A stretch of 64,000 nt of DNA from an uncultured bacterium (lineage in GTDB: Bacteria > Krumholzibacteriota > Krumholzibacteriia > LZORAL124-64-63). Below the pieces are notes generated by a model. That model was given only the letters and a program-made list of their open reading frames with translations. It ran no database searches and had not been told where the DNA came from. The translations under genes and the position numbers were made by a program. How positions within the stretch are numbered: position 1 is the stretch's first letter; each line of letters begins with the position of its first letter. The stretch covers positions 512,001-576,000 of the forward strand of contig CAVSZB010000007.1 in assembly GCA_963732385.1 (NCBI GenBank). Reading direction: 5' to 3'. Below, piece after piece: positions 9,796-19,696 of this stretch.

Positions 9796-10407
9796 ATGGT
9801 TGTGATGCGCTCAGGTAAAACGCTCACGCTGGCCGCGCTGCTGGCGCTGACCGGAACAGTGGCCCTGCTTGCCGGCTGCTCACAGGACGGCAACGAGTTC
9901 CAGCGGCTGGTCTGCGAGGTCAGTCTGGTGAACCAGGGGGTCCCGCTGGTTTCCGGCTACCTGGACGTCGGTTCGGACAAGGAGGCAGGAACCGCTGACG
10001 ATACCTTCCCCATCGATATCGTCGACGTGAAATTCCAGACCCGGCCGTACAACTCAGTCGTCACCCTGCCCGAGGGGGCGCCCTACAGCTACTTCCACAT
10101 CACGTCCTACGACCTGACGTGGGTGCCACTGTCGGCGGCCGGAGATTCGCTGGTCAGCTACAACCGGATCGATGCGCGGACCGACGTTCTGGTGCCGGTG
10201 AACGACGAAGCCAATGTGCCGATCCTGGTGGCCGACAGATCCATGAAGGACCGGCCCTGGTTCGCGGAGCTGTACACGGCATCGCGGCCGTCGTTCACGG
10301 CCATTGCCGAGATCCGCTTCCACGGGCACGAAACCGGGTCGGAGACGGACATCGTAGTTCCCGCCTCGTTGATGGTGACTTTCGTCGGCGCGATCATCGG
10401 CGACTGA
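9796..10407 (+). CDS. Hypothetical lipoprotein
   Basis: GAGGAGG RBS, signal peptide with LLAGC lipobox, beta-rich mature region, coding-like composition. Confidence 0.8.
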   Translation: MVVMRSGKTLTLAALLALTGTVALLAGCSQDGNEFQRLVCEVSLVNQGVPLVSGYLDVGSDKEAGTADDTFPIDIVDVKFQTRPYNSVVTLPEGAPYSYFHITSYDLTWVPLSAAGDSLVSYNRIDARTDVLVPVNDEANVPILVADRSMKDRPWFAELYTASRPSFTAIAEIRFHGHETGSETDIVVPASLMVTFVGAIIGD

Positions 10408-11491
10408 CCGGAGTTCCCGCGACTGGCCGCGTGAGACGCTCCTCGACGAGGTCGGGGAGCGTCTCGCTTTGGTCCCAGACGATCGCCATCTCGACTACCG
10501 TCAGCGGCGGCTGCGCCGGCCAGACCGGCGCCAGCTTGACTGCATCCTTCGTGGTCGTGAGCCAGCGCGTGACCCCAGCAGCGGACCCGACAGCCAGTGC
10601 ACGCGCCACCAGCCCGGAGGTGTAGGCCGCGTGATCATCGACCCGGATCGCCAGGCGCGGTGCACGGTCGAGCAGCCGCGCGCAGCCGGCCTCGAACAGT
10701 TCCGGTCGCGCGAGGCCGGAAATGACCCCCCACGCGGTGTCGGGGTCCGGCGCTGCCGCTGCCGCCAGTCTCATTTCCCGGTGGAAGGCGAGCACCCGGC
10801 TCCCCCCCCGTCCGAACCGCGGCCACTCCCGGTCCGACGGCGGCGTACCTTCCACCAGCCAGATCGCCGCGCGCAACGCCCCCTCCGGCCCTTCCCGATA
10901 CGGACCCCACGGCAGCAGCGGCCCGGCCAGCGGGGCCATCTCCCCATCCTCGACCCGCCAGCGGTCGAGGATCAGCACGTCGGCATGCCGCGGCAGGCCG
11001 GCGCTCTGATGCGCGTCCTCCAGCAGGATCACCGCCGGGGCCAGAGACCGCGCCATCACCAGTCCCGCGACACGATCCGCTGCCTGGACAACCGTCCAGG
11101 CGGGCGACGCGGCGGCCAGCAGCCTCGCTTCGTCGCCGGCCCGCCCATTCGCGTGGACGACCAGCAGCGGCCCGCGCAGCGGCGAGCCGTGCCCACGGGT
11201 GACCACCACGCCGCGGTGGCCCCGCGCCCCCAGCTGCCGGATAAGGTCTAATGCGATCGGCGTCTTGCCGGTCCCGCCGACCCGCAGATTGCCAAGCGAC
11301 ACGATCAGCGGGGGCGCCGGCAGCGGCTGTGCGCGCGCGGCCACGCGCCGTGAAAGCACGGCATGATTGACCGGCGCCGTGACCCGCGCGACGCTCCGCA
11401 ACCACGCCGGCGGCGCGTCCGCCTGGCCCCACACCCGCGCGGCCAGCCGCGGGCCGGGGCCCCGCCAGTCGAGGATGCGGCCCGCGTTCAT
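10394..11491 (-). CDS. lpxK: Tetraacyldisaccharide 4'-kinase
   Basis: SLGNLRVGGTGKTP, GDEARLLA, LLEDAHQ, GPLLPWGPYRE and TTTKDAVKL motifs. Confidence 0.9.
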   Translation of the reverse strand: MNAGRILDWRGPGPRLAARVWGQADAPPAWLRSVARVTAPVNHAVLSRRVAARAQPLPAPPLIVSLGNLRVGGTGKTPIALDLIRQLGARGHRGVVVTRGHGSPLRGPLLVVHANGRAGDEARLLAAASPAWTVVQAADRVAGLVMARSLAPAVILLEDAHQSAGLPRHADVLILDRWRVEDGEMAPLAGPLLPWGPYREGPEGALRAAIWLVEGTPPSDREWPRFGRGGSRVLAFHREMRLAAAAAPDPDTAWGVISGLARPELFEAGCARLLDRAPRLAIRVDDHAAYTSGLVARALAVGSAAGVTRWLTTTKDAVKLAPVWPAQPPLTVVEMAIVWDQSETLPDLVEERLTRPVAGTPVSRR

Positions 11492-12114
11492 CGCCCCTCC
11501 GCCAGTGCGGCGGCAATCCGTGCGCGCCACAGCGTCGTCCGGGCAGGATCCTCCTCCGGAGGCACCTGCAGCGGCGGCCCTTCGTCGATCCGCGCCACCG
11601 CGCCGGGCCACGGCACGAGCGTGCCATCCCACGTGCGCAGGCGCCAGCAACGTCGCGGATGGGCGCGCAACGGCACCACCGGCCGGCCGCTGAGCCGGGA
11701 GAGCTGAACGACCCCCTCCCTCACCGCGCCGAAAGGCCCGCGCGGACCGTCGACCGCGACCCCCACGCTGCGTCCCTCGCGCAGCGCCGCAAGCAGTCGC
11801 ATGAACGCCGGCCCGCCGCCGTGTCCAGTCGAGCCACGGGCGAAACCGAAACCGTGGGGGCCCAGAGCGCTGATCAGCACCTCGCCGTCGGCGCTCTGGC
11901 TGACCAGAAGCACCGGGCGCGACGGGCGCACGTACAGGATCGCCGGGATCAGGTCACGGTGCAGGCAGGCGTAAATGACCGGGCCGGGGTGCGCCGGGCG
12001 CGCGGCGGGCCGAGGCCGCACCGGCACCGCCAGCACGAGCAACCGCCACGCGGGCAAGGCGAGCCGCAACTTCCAGCCCTGCAGGGCGGGATGACCGGCG
12101 CGCACCATCTTCAC
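11488..12114 (-). CDS. DUF374 / lysophospholipid acyltransferase-family protein
   Basis: LVSQSADGE, ARGSTGHGG, AVDGPRGP and LRTWDG motifs; between lpxB and lpxK. Start GTG 12114 or ATG 12108. Confidence 0.8.
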   Translation of the reverse strand: MKMVRAGHPALQGWKLRLALPAWRLLVLAVPVRPRPAARPAHPGPVIYACLHRDLIPAILYVRPSRPVLLVSQSADGEVLISALGPHGFGFARGSTGHGGGPAFMRLLAALREGRSVGVAVDGPRGPFGAVREGVVQLSRLSGRPVVPLRAHPRRCWRLRTWDGTLVPWPGAVARIDEGPPLQVPPEEDPARTTLWRARIAAALAEGR

Positions 12115-13301
12115 CCCTCCGGGCGCGCGGCCGCGCTCCGCGCGTCGAGCAGCGCGAGCGCCGCGTCCGCGGCACGCTCCCAGGCCCCCGGCGGGCCGAG
12201 CCGCGCCCGCAGGCGGTCCACGCCGGCGGCGAACCGGCGTCGGCGCGCCGCGTCCTGCAACCAATCCTCAAGCGCAGCGGCCAGAGCGGTTGACGTGACC
12301 TCCACCTGGATGTGCTCCCGCACGAAGTCCTCCGCCAGGATCAGGTTCGCCAGACCGATGTGCGGCACGCGCACCAGGCGGCGGGCCACCGCATAGCTGA
12401 ACGCGGAGGTGCGATAAACCACCTCATGCGGCACGCCGGCGAGCGCCACCTCGAGCGAGGCCGTGCCGCTGCAGACCAGCGCGAGGTCGAGCGTCGGCAG
12501 CAGGTCGGGCAGCCGCGCCGAGGAAATCGTCGCTCCCTGCCGCGCCGCCGCGGCGAGCAGGCTTCGCTCGAGCCCGGGCGCCGCGCTCACGACGCAGTTC
12601 AACGGGCGCGGTGCGATTCGCGCGCGGAGCAGAGCGGCGGCACCCAGCAGTTCCGGCAGCAGGCCGGCAACCTCCTGTCGACGACTGCCAGGCAGCAGTC
12701 CCAACGTTACCGGAGCGTCGGGGGCGCCCAGCCGCGCCTCGCGCCGGTCGGTGTCAGCGCCGGCCGCGGCCGCCGGATAGTCCTCAACCAGCGGATGCCC
12801 AAGCGCCGCCACCGCGAGCCCGCGCGCGCCGAACCAGTCCGGTTCGAACGGCAGGATGACGCCGAGTCGGTCCACCGCCCGCCGCAACCCCCGGAGCCGC
12901 CAGGCCCCCCAGGCCCAGAGCTGCGGCGCCACCAGGTAAAAAACCGGGATACCGCGCTGCCGCGCCGCCGCCGCGACCCGCAGGTTGAATCCGGGGAAGT
13001 CCACCGGCACGCACAGATCGATCTCTCCGCGCGACAGGTGGCGCCAGACACGACGACGCGCCGCGATCAGCCGCGGCAGCGCGCCCAGCACTTCACCGAA
13101 GCCCATGACCGCGAGCGGTCCGCTCGACTGGATGATCTCCGCGCCGGCCGCCTCGAGCGCTGGCCCCCCCACCGCGGAGAGCCGCAGATCGGGCCGACGA
13201 CGTCGCAACACCGCGACCAGGGCCGCGCCGTAGCGATCGCCGCTCGCCTCGCCGCAGGAGAGGAAAATGTGGGGTGGGCGCGCTACAAAGGATGGCGTCA
13301 T
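12111..13301 (-). CDS. lpxB: Lipid-A-disaccharide synthase
   Basis: GEASGD, VDFPGFN, PQLWAW, LPFE, GHPL, LPGSRRQE and SGTASLE motifs. Confidence 0.95.
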   Translation of the reverse strand: MTPSFVARPPHIFLSCGEASGDRYGAALVAVLRRRRPDLRLSAVGGPALEAAGAEIIQSSGPLAVMGFGEVLGALPRLIAARRRVWRHLSRGEIDLCVPVDFPGFNLRVAAAARQRGIPVFYLVAPQLWAWGAWRLRGLRRAVDRLGVILPFEPDWFGARGLAVAALGHPLVEDYPAAAAGADTDRREARLGAPDAPVTLGLLPGSRRQEVAGLLPELLGAAALLRARIAPRPLNCVVSAAPGLERSLLAAAARQGATISSARLPDLLPTLDLALVCSGTASLEVALAGVPHEVVYRTSAFSYAVARRLVRVPHIGLANLILAEDFVREHIQVEVTSTALAAALEDWLQDAARRRRFAAGVDRLRARLGPPGAWERAADAALALLDARSAAARPEG

Positions 13302-13356
13302 CAGGCGCCTCCGGGCGCGGAAAGAGAGCGAACCCTCCCGCGATGCGTCGGTGCGG

Positions 13357-14178
13357 TCAGCGGACGATGCCCCGCTCGGACCTCCGGATGAAAGCCATGA
13401 GATCCTCGATGCTGCGCGTGAGCTGACAGTCCGTGGCGATTCGCTCGAGGGCCTGGCTGACGTTCAGCCCGCTGCGGTACAACAGGCGGTAGGCATCCCT
13501 GATGTTCGTGATTTCGTCGTCAGCGAAGCCGCGTCGCTTGAGACCGACCGCGTTGATGCCGGCCACAGCGACGGGGTTGCCCGCGACCTTGACGAAGGGG
13601 GGCACATCCTGCGGCAGGCGACTGCCGCCGCCGACGAAGGAGTGCCGGCCGATGCGCACGAACTGATGCACGGGGGTCATGCCGCCGAGAATGGCCCAGT
13701 CCTCCACCTCGACGTGGCCCGCCAGATTCACCGCGTTGGCCAGGATTACATGGTCATGAATGTGGCAGTTATGCGCAACGTGCACATAGGCCATCAGCAT
13801 GTTCCCGCTGCCGACGCGGGTCTGTTCCCCTTCGCCCGTGGCGAGGTGGATGGTCACGTACTCGCGGATCACGTTGTCGTCGCCGATTTCGACGAAACTG
13901 GTCTCACCCCGATACTTCAGGTCCTGTGGCGGACCACCGATCGCCGCGCCATGGAAAACCTGGTTGTTGCGCCCGAGCAGGGTGCGCCCGTCGATCCAGA
14001 CCGAGGAGCCGATCCGGCAACCCGGGCCGATTTCCACGTCCGGCCCGATAACCGAGTGCGGGCCGATGATGACGTCGTGCCCGAGCCGCGCCCTCGCATC
14101 CACCACGGCCGTGGGGTGGATCTCCGCGGCATGTACGGGCCGCGGGCCGGGCAGCGGCTGCCGATTCAGCTTCTCCAC
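13357..14178 (-). CDS. lpxA: UDP-N-acetylglucosamine O-acyltransferase
   Basis: IHPTAVV, PQDLKY, HVAHNC and VHQFVRIG with hexapeptide repeats. GTG 14178 follows a GAGGAGG RBS (alternative ATG 14196). Confidence 0.95.
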   Translation of the reverse strand: MEKLNRQPLPGPRPVHAAEIHPTAVVDARARLGHDVIIGPHSVIGPDVEIGPGCRIGSSVWIDGRTLLGRNNQVFHGAAIGGPPQDLKYRGETSFVEIGDDNVIREYVTIHLATGEGEQTRVGSGNMLMAYVHVAHNCHIHDHVILANAVNLAGHVEVEDWAILGGMTPVHQFVRIGRHSFVGGGSRLPQDVPPFVKVAGNPVAVAGINAVGLKRRGFADDEITNIRDAYRLLYRSGLNVSQALERIATDCQLTRSIEDLMAFIRRSERGIVR

Positions 14179-14201
14179 GCTTCCTCCTCGATCCATTCCG
14201 C

Positions 14202-15515
14202 CTAGCGATCAACAATCGTCGACATGAGTACGGCTTCCGCGACCAGTTCCTCCCCCACGAAGGCCTGCCCCCGCATCTTGCAGACCGGCCCCCGGATCTT
14301 CAGCAGTTCCAGTTCGAAGCGGAGCTGGTCGCCCGGCGTGACCGGCCGGCGGAACCGCGCCTGATCGATGCCGCTGAAATAGACCAGCTTGCAGGACGGA
14401 TTGTCCACGCTGCTAAGCAGCAGAACCCCGCCCGTCTGCGCCATCGCCTCGATGATGAGCACCGCCGGCATGATGGGATGACCGGGAAAGTGCCCCTGGA
14501 AGAACGGTTCGTTGATCGTGACGTTCTTGATACCGACCACGCGCCGCCCGTTGACCAGCTCGGTGATGCGATCCACGAGCAGGAAGGGATAGCGGTGCGG
14601 CATGATTCCCATGATCGCGCCGATGTCCCACTGCGTCGGATGGCGCGCAGGGTAGGTCCGCGCCTGCTTCCGCTCGCGGCGAGCCAGCTCCCTAACGAAC
14701 GCCACGTTCGAATCGTGCCCCGCACGCCGCGCCGTGATGTGCCCCTGGATCGGCATGCCCAGCAGCGACAGATCGCCGAGCAGGTCGAGAATCTTGTGCC
14801 GCACGAATTCGTCGCGGAAGCGCAGGGTCGTGTCGCCGACCAGGTGACCGTCTTCGACGATGAGCGCGTTGCGCAGGGTCCCGCCCCGCCCCAGCCCCAT
14901 CGCCTGGAGCCTCGCCACGTCCCGCTTGAGCGCGAAGGTGCGGCACGGCGCAATCTCCCGGCGGAACACCTCCGGCCGGATGTCGAACGTAGCCGACTGG
15001 CGACCGATCAACGGGTCGTCGTAGTCGATATGGAAAGTCAGCGTGAAACTCTCGGCCGGCACTGCGTCCAGTTCCACGTCCCCCAGACGCAGCGAAATGG
15101 GAAAGGGCACCTTGAAATAGACCGCCGGCAACCCCTGATCCTCGATCCCCGCCCCTTCCAGCAGTTCCAGATACGCCAGAACGCTGCCGTCCGCCGGCTC
15201 CGGGGGCTCAACGCCCCGGATCAGCACCCGGCAATTCGTCACCCCAGCGCCGGCCAAAGAGGCCATCACATGCTCAACAGTCTGGACCCGCACCTCGCCC
15301 AGGCCGAGCGTGGTGTTGCGCAGGCCGCCCTGATCAGTCGGCACGTTCTCCACCACGGCCGCGATTTCCGCCTGCCCTGCGGGCGTGGTCACCACGAACA
15401 CAATGCCGCTGTTGGGCGGCGCCGGCTCGAAAGTGATCGTCGACTGCGCACCGGTATGCAGCCCGACCCCTTCCATGGTGACGGCGCGGCTCAGAGTGCG
15501 CTGCTGGAGGATCAT
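14202..15515 (-). CDS. lpxC: Bifunctional LpxC deacetylase / FabZ dehydratase
   Basis: N-terminal GVGLHTG, TVEH and [10 protein letters not shown] (LpxC); C-terminal [11 protein letters not shown] and [23 protein letters not shown] (FabZ). Confidence 0.95.
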   Translation of the reverse strand: MILQQRTLSRAVTMEGVGLHTGAQSTITFEPAPPNSGIVFVVTTPAGQAEIAAVVENVPTDQGGLRNTTLGLGEVRVQTVEHVMASLAGAGVTNCRVLIRGVEPPEPADGSVLAYLELLEGAGIEDQGLPAVYFKVPFPISLRLGDVELDAVPAESFTLTFHIDYDDPLIGRQSATFDIRPEVFRREIAPCRTFALKRDVARLQAMGLGRGGTLRNALIVEDGHLVGDTTLRFRDEFVRHKILDLLGDLSLLGMPIQGHITARRAGHDSNVAFVRELARRERKQARTYPARHPTQWDIGAIMGIMPHRYPFLLVDRITELVNGRRVVGIKNVTINEPFFQGHFPGHPIMPAVLIIEAMAQTGGVLLLSSVDNPSCKLVYFSGIDQARFRRPVTPGDQLRFELELLKIRGPVCKMRGQAFVGEELVAEAVLMSTIVDR

Positions 15516-16564
15516 CAGAGCTTCTCCTCCCCGGCCCGGCCGGCCAGGCCGAGCGCAACTTCGACTGCTCGCAGGCGTGCCGCGAACTCCGGCAGACGAT
15601 GTGTGAGGGCGATCAGGCGGAAAGCCCGCCGCCGCTCCACCGCCGGGTAGCCGAATACTGCGGTGCCGGCCGGCAGGTCGCGATCAAGTCCGGACTGGGC
15701 GCCCACCTTGACATCGTTGCCAACGCGCAGATGATCCCCACAGCCGGCCTGACCGCCCATGACCACACGATCTCCCAAAACCGAACTGCCGGAAATCCCG
15801 CACTGGGCAGAGAGGGCGCAGTCCCGTCCGATCACCACGTTGTGCCCGACCTGCACCAGGTTGTCGATCTTGCTGCCGCGACCCACCCGCGTGACGTCGG
15901 TCTGGGCCCGGTCGACGCAGGCGTTGGCCCCCACTTCGACGCGGTCCTCGAGGACCACGTTGCCGATCTGCGGGATCTTGCGCAATCCCTCGGCGCCAGG
16001 GAGGTAGCCAAAACCGTCACTGCCGACCACCGCCCCTGCGTGGATAATCACTTCCGCACCCAGCACGCATTCCTCCCGCACGACAGAGTGCGGGTAGAGG
16101 GTGCAGTCGACCCCGAGCACGGCATCAGGTCCGATCACGACATGCGCCCCCAGGGCGCACCGGTCACCCAGGCGCGCGCCCGCGCCCACGACCGCATACG
16201 GCCCGATCGATACCCCCTGCCCCAACTCGGCGGTGGCGTCGACCACCGCGGTCGGGTGCACACCCTCCGGGAAAATGCGTGCGCGGGGCGGCGCGAACCG
16301 TACCAGCACCGCCGCAAACGCCGCGTGAGGATCGGCGGCGCGCAGACAGGGCAGCCGGGTCGTCACTCCCGGCCTCAGGATCACCGCGGCGGCGCCGGTA
16401 TCCTCCAGATGCCGCACGAAGCGGGAACTGTCGACAAAAGTGATCTGCCCGGCGCCGGCCATTTCGATGCCGGCCGCGCCGCGGATGAGCGGGTCGAGGT
16501 CCCCCTCGCGCGTCAGACCCAGCGCCGACGCCAGTTCGCTCAACCGCACGGCGATCATCGGCAT
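15515..16564 (-). CDS. lpxD: UDP-3-O-acylglucosamine N-acyltransferase
   Basis: [15 protein letters not shown] and [12 protein letters not shown] motifs. Confidence 0.95.
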   Translation of the reverse strand: MPMIAVRLSELASALGLTREGDLDPLIRGAAGIEMAGAGQITFVDSSRFVRHLEDTGAAAVILRPGVTTRLPCLRAADPHAAFAAVLVRFAPPRARIFPEGVHPTAVVDATAELGQGVSIGPYAVVGAGARLGDRCALGAHVVIGPDAVLGVDCTLYPHSVVREECVLGAEVIIHAGAVVGSDGFGYLPGAEGLRKIPQIGNVVLEDRVEVGANACVDRAQTDVTRVGRGSKIDNLVQVGHNVVIGRDCALSAQCGISGSSVLGDRVVMGGQAGCGDHLRVGNDVKVGAQSGLDRDLPAGTAVFGYPAVERRRAFRLIALTHRLPEFAARLRAVEVALGLAGRAGEEKL

Positions 16565-16595
16565 GCCCCACCCTTCCGGCCTGATCGGCGGACCG

Positions 16596-17138
16596 TCACT
16601 TGCCGCTGACCAGAGCGGTGAGGACCTTGTCGGTCAGGTCGACGCTCGAGTCGATGTAGATGGTGGTCAGCGAGGCGCTGTCGAGGATGAGCGCGAACCC
16701 CTCCTCCTTGCCGAGCCGTTCCGCAATCGTGCGCACCTGGTCGAGGATAGGGCCGATGCGGGTCTTGTAGTCCTGGGCGACCTTCTCCTCAGCCTGCTGC
16801 TGGAAGGTGTAGTAATCATCCCGCATCTTCTGGAATTCCAACTGTTTCTGCTGCAGCGCCGCTTCGCCCAGCAGCATCTTCTGGCTGTCGAGATCCTCCA
16901 GAAAACGCTGGAGAGTCTTCTCCTTCGTTTCCATCTCGCGCTCGAGGTCCTGGACGTACTTCTTGTGGGCCTCGGAGGCATCGCGGGCGGCCCCGTACTC
17001 CTTGGCCAGACGCTGAGAATCGATCAACGCGATCGGCTTGCTCTCCGCGCAAGCGGGCGGGGGCGCGGTCATCAGCGCGCCCAGCGCCAACGCGACGGGC
17101 ACGGACAAGCGCGCGAAACGACGGACAAGTGAATTCAT
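16596..17138 (-). CDS. skp: OmpH/Skp periplasmic chaperone
   Basis: Signal peptide, IALIDSQ, coiled coil, C-terminal VDLTDKVL; between bamA and lpxD. Confidence 0.9.
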   Translation of the reverse strand: MNSLVRRFARLSVPVALALGALMTAPPPACAESKPIALIDSQRLAKEYGAARDASEAHKKYVQDLEREMETKEKTLQRFLEDLDSQKMLLGEAALQQKQLEFQKMRDDYYTFQQQAEEKVAQDYKTRIGPILDQVRTIAERLGKEEGFALILDSASLTTIYIDSSVDLTDKVLTALVSGK

Positions 17139-17163
17139 GCCTGCTCCTTAGGAGACCATGCGA

Positions 17164-19476
17164 TCAAAAGAAGGTGCCAAAATTGAAATGTGGCTCCCAG
17201 GACGGGCCACCGAGGCGGTCGAAACCATAGCCATAGTCAAAGCCAATCTGGCCCATCATCGGCACATCGACCCGGAGGCCGAATCCCGCGCCCTTGCGCA
17301 GGTTCGTGAAGTCGGCCTCACCGAAGCTGTTCCAAGCGTCACCCTGATCCAGGAAAGCTAGCACCTGCACCGCCTTCGTCAAGGGATACAGGACTTCCGT
17401 GTTCAGGATGGTGAAGAACCTGCCGCCGATAAAACCGGGGTTGCCGCGCGGAACTACCTCCAGATCCCGGTATCCCCGCAGCGGATAGAGCCGATTGCCG
17501 CCCAGGCGGAACTTCTCGTAGTCCGGCACCTGGTCGGCACTGTCGAGGCCGACGATCAGTCCGAGCATGGTGCGCAGGTTGAGCGCCAGCCCCCCCGGCA
17601 GCTTCTGGAAGTAGGAGTGCGTGAGGAAATGCTTTTGATAGTCAATGTCCGCGCCGAGCGGCCCGCCGGACAGCTCCACGCTGTAATTGGTGCGCGAACC
17701 GGAGGTGGGGAAGAAGGGGCTGTCCGTTGAATTGCGATTGAGCGTGAACGTGAGCGCGCTCTTGCGCCGGGGCCAATCGACACGATCCAACCGCTCGAAT
17801 GGCAGCTCGCTGGTGCCGATCTGCGACTCCAGGTTGTTGAGATAGTCGATGTAGGACTGGCTGAAATTCGCGAGTCGCGTCGCCGACAGCTCGTACCGCA
17901 GGCCAACGGTGCTGCGCCGCGTGCCGGGGATCCGACGGCCGAGTCGCAGGGCGAAACCGCGCACCCGGCTCTCGTAGAAGTCGTCGAAGTTGTACTGGAA
18001 TCGATCGAACAGATCCGCGCCGAGCGTAGTCGGCGTGCCGCGGAACCACGGCTCCGTGAAACTAAGGTCGACGTAGCGTCGCCGACTGCCGAACTGCCAG
18101 GCCAGGCTGACGTTCTGCCCCTTGCCGAGGAAATTGTTCTCCGCGACCTGGATGAAACCGGTCACCGACGTCTGCGCGCTGTAGGCCATGCCGAACGAGA
18201 ACTGGCCGGTCTGCTTCTCTTTCACCTTGAAGACCAGGTCGATGTCGCCGCTGTCGTCCGTCGGCTGCGGCTCCACCTGCACATCCTCGAAGTAGCCCAG
18301 GCCGAAGATGTCCCGCTGGGAGTTCCCAACCTTGCTGTTGCTGAAGATATCGCCCGGGAAGATGGACAGTTGCCGCAGGATGACCCGGTCGTAAGTCTTG
18401 GAATTGTCGATGACCTCGATGTCGCGAACGCGCGCCGGCTCCCCCTCGCGGAAGGTGAAACTGAGATCGACGGTGTCCCCGCGAACGTTGCGTACCGGCT
18501 CAATGGTGGCGTAGATGTGTCCGCTGTCGTAGTAGAGCGAGTGCAAACCCTGCAGCATGCGCTGGTAATCGCCCTCGCTGAACAGTTTGCCCTTCCGGAG
18601 GGTGATGTGCTCGGCGATCGCAGCATCGTCGAACACCTTGTTCGCGGACCAGTTGATGTCGCCCACGCGATAGAGGCTCCCCTCCGTGACGTGGATGACC
18701 AGGTCAAGATTCTCGCGATCCTCGGCCAGCGTCTGTTCGACCTCCGTAATCGCAGCGTCGAGGTAGCCACGATCGCGGTACCAGCTGACGATGCGTTCGC
18801 GGTCCTCCTCGAACTGTTTCTTCTTGAACGCCCCGCTGCGCAGGAAACCGCCCGTCTTCTGTTTCATGGCGCCGCGCAGGTCGTCCGAGCTGGCGGTCTG
18901 GTTCCCCACGAAGGCGATGGACCGCGCCTTGACCTTCTTGCCTTCGACGATCTGCACGGTCACGTCGGTCAATCCGGCGGCGTCCACCCGGGTGGTGTCG
19001 GTCGTGACGGCGACGTTGTAGTACCCGCGGTCGTAGTACAGTTCGCGGATCTTCCCGAGGTCACGCGCGATGATCGCCGGATTGGCGAACTGCCCGACCG
19101 TGGGCGGGAAAACCTCGACCAGATCCTCTTTCTTCACCTTCTCATTGCCCTTGAAGGCGACCTGCCGCACGCGCGGGAACTCGGACAGGTTGACCAGCAG
19201 GCGAACGCCGCCCGACTCGGGCTGCGCATAGACGAAGAGGTCCGAAAACTTCTGCGTGGCGTAGAGCCGCCGGATTCCGGCGGCCACGGCGTCGCGCGAG
19301 AGCGGCTTGCCGGGCTCGAGCCCGCTCCACGCGACGACCTGCCGGGCCGAAACGGTCCGCGCCCCAACGACCGTCACGCCGGTCACGACCGGTTCCGCGG
19401 CGCGCACCTGCACGGCCCAAACAGCCGCAGCCCAGGCGACGGCGAGAACGAGAGGCCGGAATCGGAAGGCTGTCAT
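17164..19476 (-). CDS. bamA: Outer membrane protein assembly factor BamA
   Basis: Signal peptide, POTRA repeats (GYY/GYL/GYF), ENNFLGKGQ, LRGY loop motif, C-terminal Phe. Confidence 0.95.
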   Translation of the reverse strand: MTAFRFRPLVLAVAWAAAVWAVQVRAAEPVVTGVTVVGARTVSARQVVAWSGLEPGKPLSRDAVAAGIRRLYATQKFSDLFVYAQPESGGVRLLVNLSEFPRVRQVAFKGNEKVKKEDLVEVFPPTVGQFANPAIIARDLGKIRELYYDRGYYNVAVTTDTTRVDAAGLTDVTVQIVEGKKVKARSIAFVGNQTASSDDLRGAMKQKTGGFLRSGAFKKKQFEEDRERIVSWYRDRGYLDAAITEVEQTLAEDRENLDLVIHVTEGSLYRVGDINWSANKVFDDAAIAEHITLRKGKLFSEGDYQRMLQGLHSLYYDSGHIYATIEPVRNVRGDTVDLSFTFREGEPARVRDIEVIDNSKTYDRVILRQLSIFPGDIFSNSKVGNSQRDIFGLGYFEDVQVEPQPTDDSGDIDLVFKVKEKQTGQFSFGMAYSAQTSVTGFIQVAENNFLGKGQNVSLAWQFGSRRRYVDLSFTEPWFRGTPTTLGADLFDRFQYNFDDFYESRVRGFALRLGRRIPGTRRSTVGLRYELSATRLANFSQSYIDYLNNLESQIGTSELPFERLDRVDWPRRKSALTFTLNRNSTDSPFFPTSGSRTNYSVELSGGPLGADIDYQKHFLTHSYFQKLPGGLALNLRTMLGLIVGLDSADQVPDYEKFRLGGNRLYPLRGYRDLEVVPRGNPGFIGGRFFTILNTEVLYPLTKAVQVLAFLDQGDAWNSFGEADFTNLRKGAGFGLRVDVPMMGQIGFDYGYGFDRLGGPSWEPHFNFGTFF

Positions 19477-19530
19477 CCTCTGTTTACGCTCTCTCCGTGG
19501 AGGGGCGGGGGCACCGGGCGGACCGGCGGC

Positions 19531-19559
19531 ACCCTAACAGAGGGCCCGCCGTCCGGCAA
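19531..19559 (-). promoter_or_regulatory. Candidate sigma-70 promoter (proximal) for bamA-lpx operon
   Basis: TTGCCG - 17 nt - TAGGGT with extended -10 TG. Confidence 0.45.
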
Positions 19560-19591
19560 CTCAAACGGCCAGGCGCGCCGCGAGTTCCCGC

Positions 19592-19620
19592 AATTTACGT
19601 CCCGCCGCCGCGCGCGGCAA
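19592..19620 (-). promoter_or_regulatory. Candidate sigma-70 promoter (distal) for bamA-lpx operon
   Basis: TTGCCG - 17 nt - TAAATT. Confidence 0.55.
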
Positions 19621-19696
19621 GCAGGGGAATGCCCGAAACGCGGCCGGCCGTGGTCGGGCGACCGCGGCCGGCGGGGTCTTGGGAAGTCACAACCGA

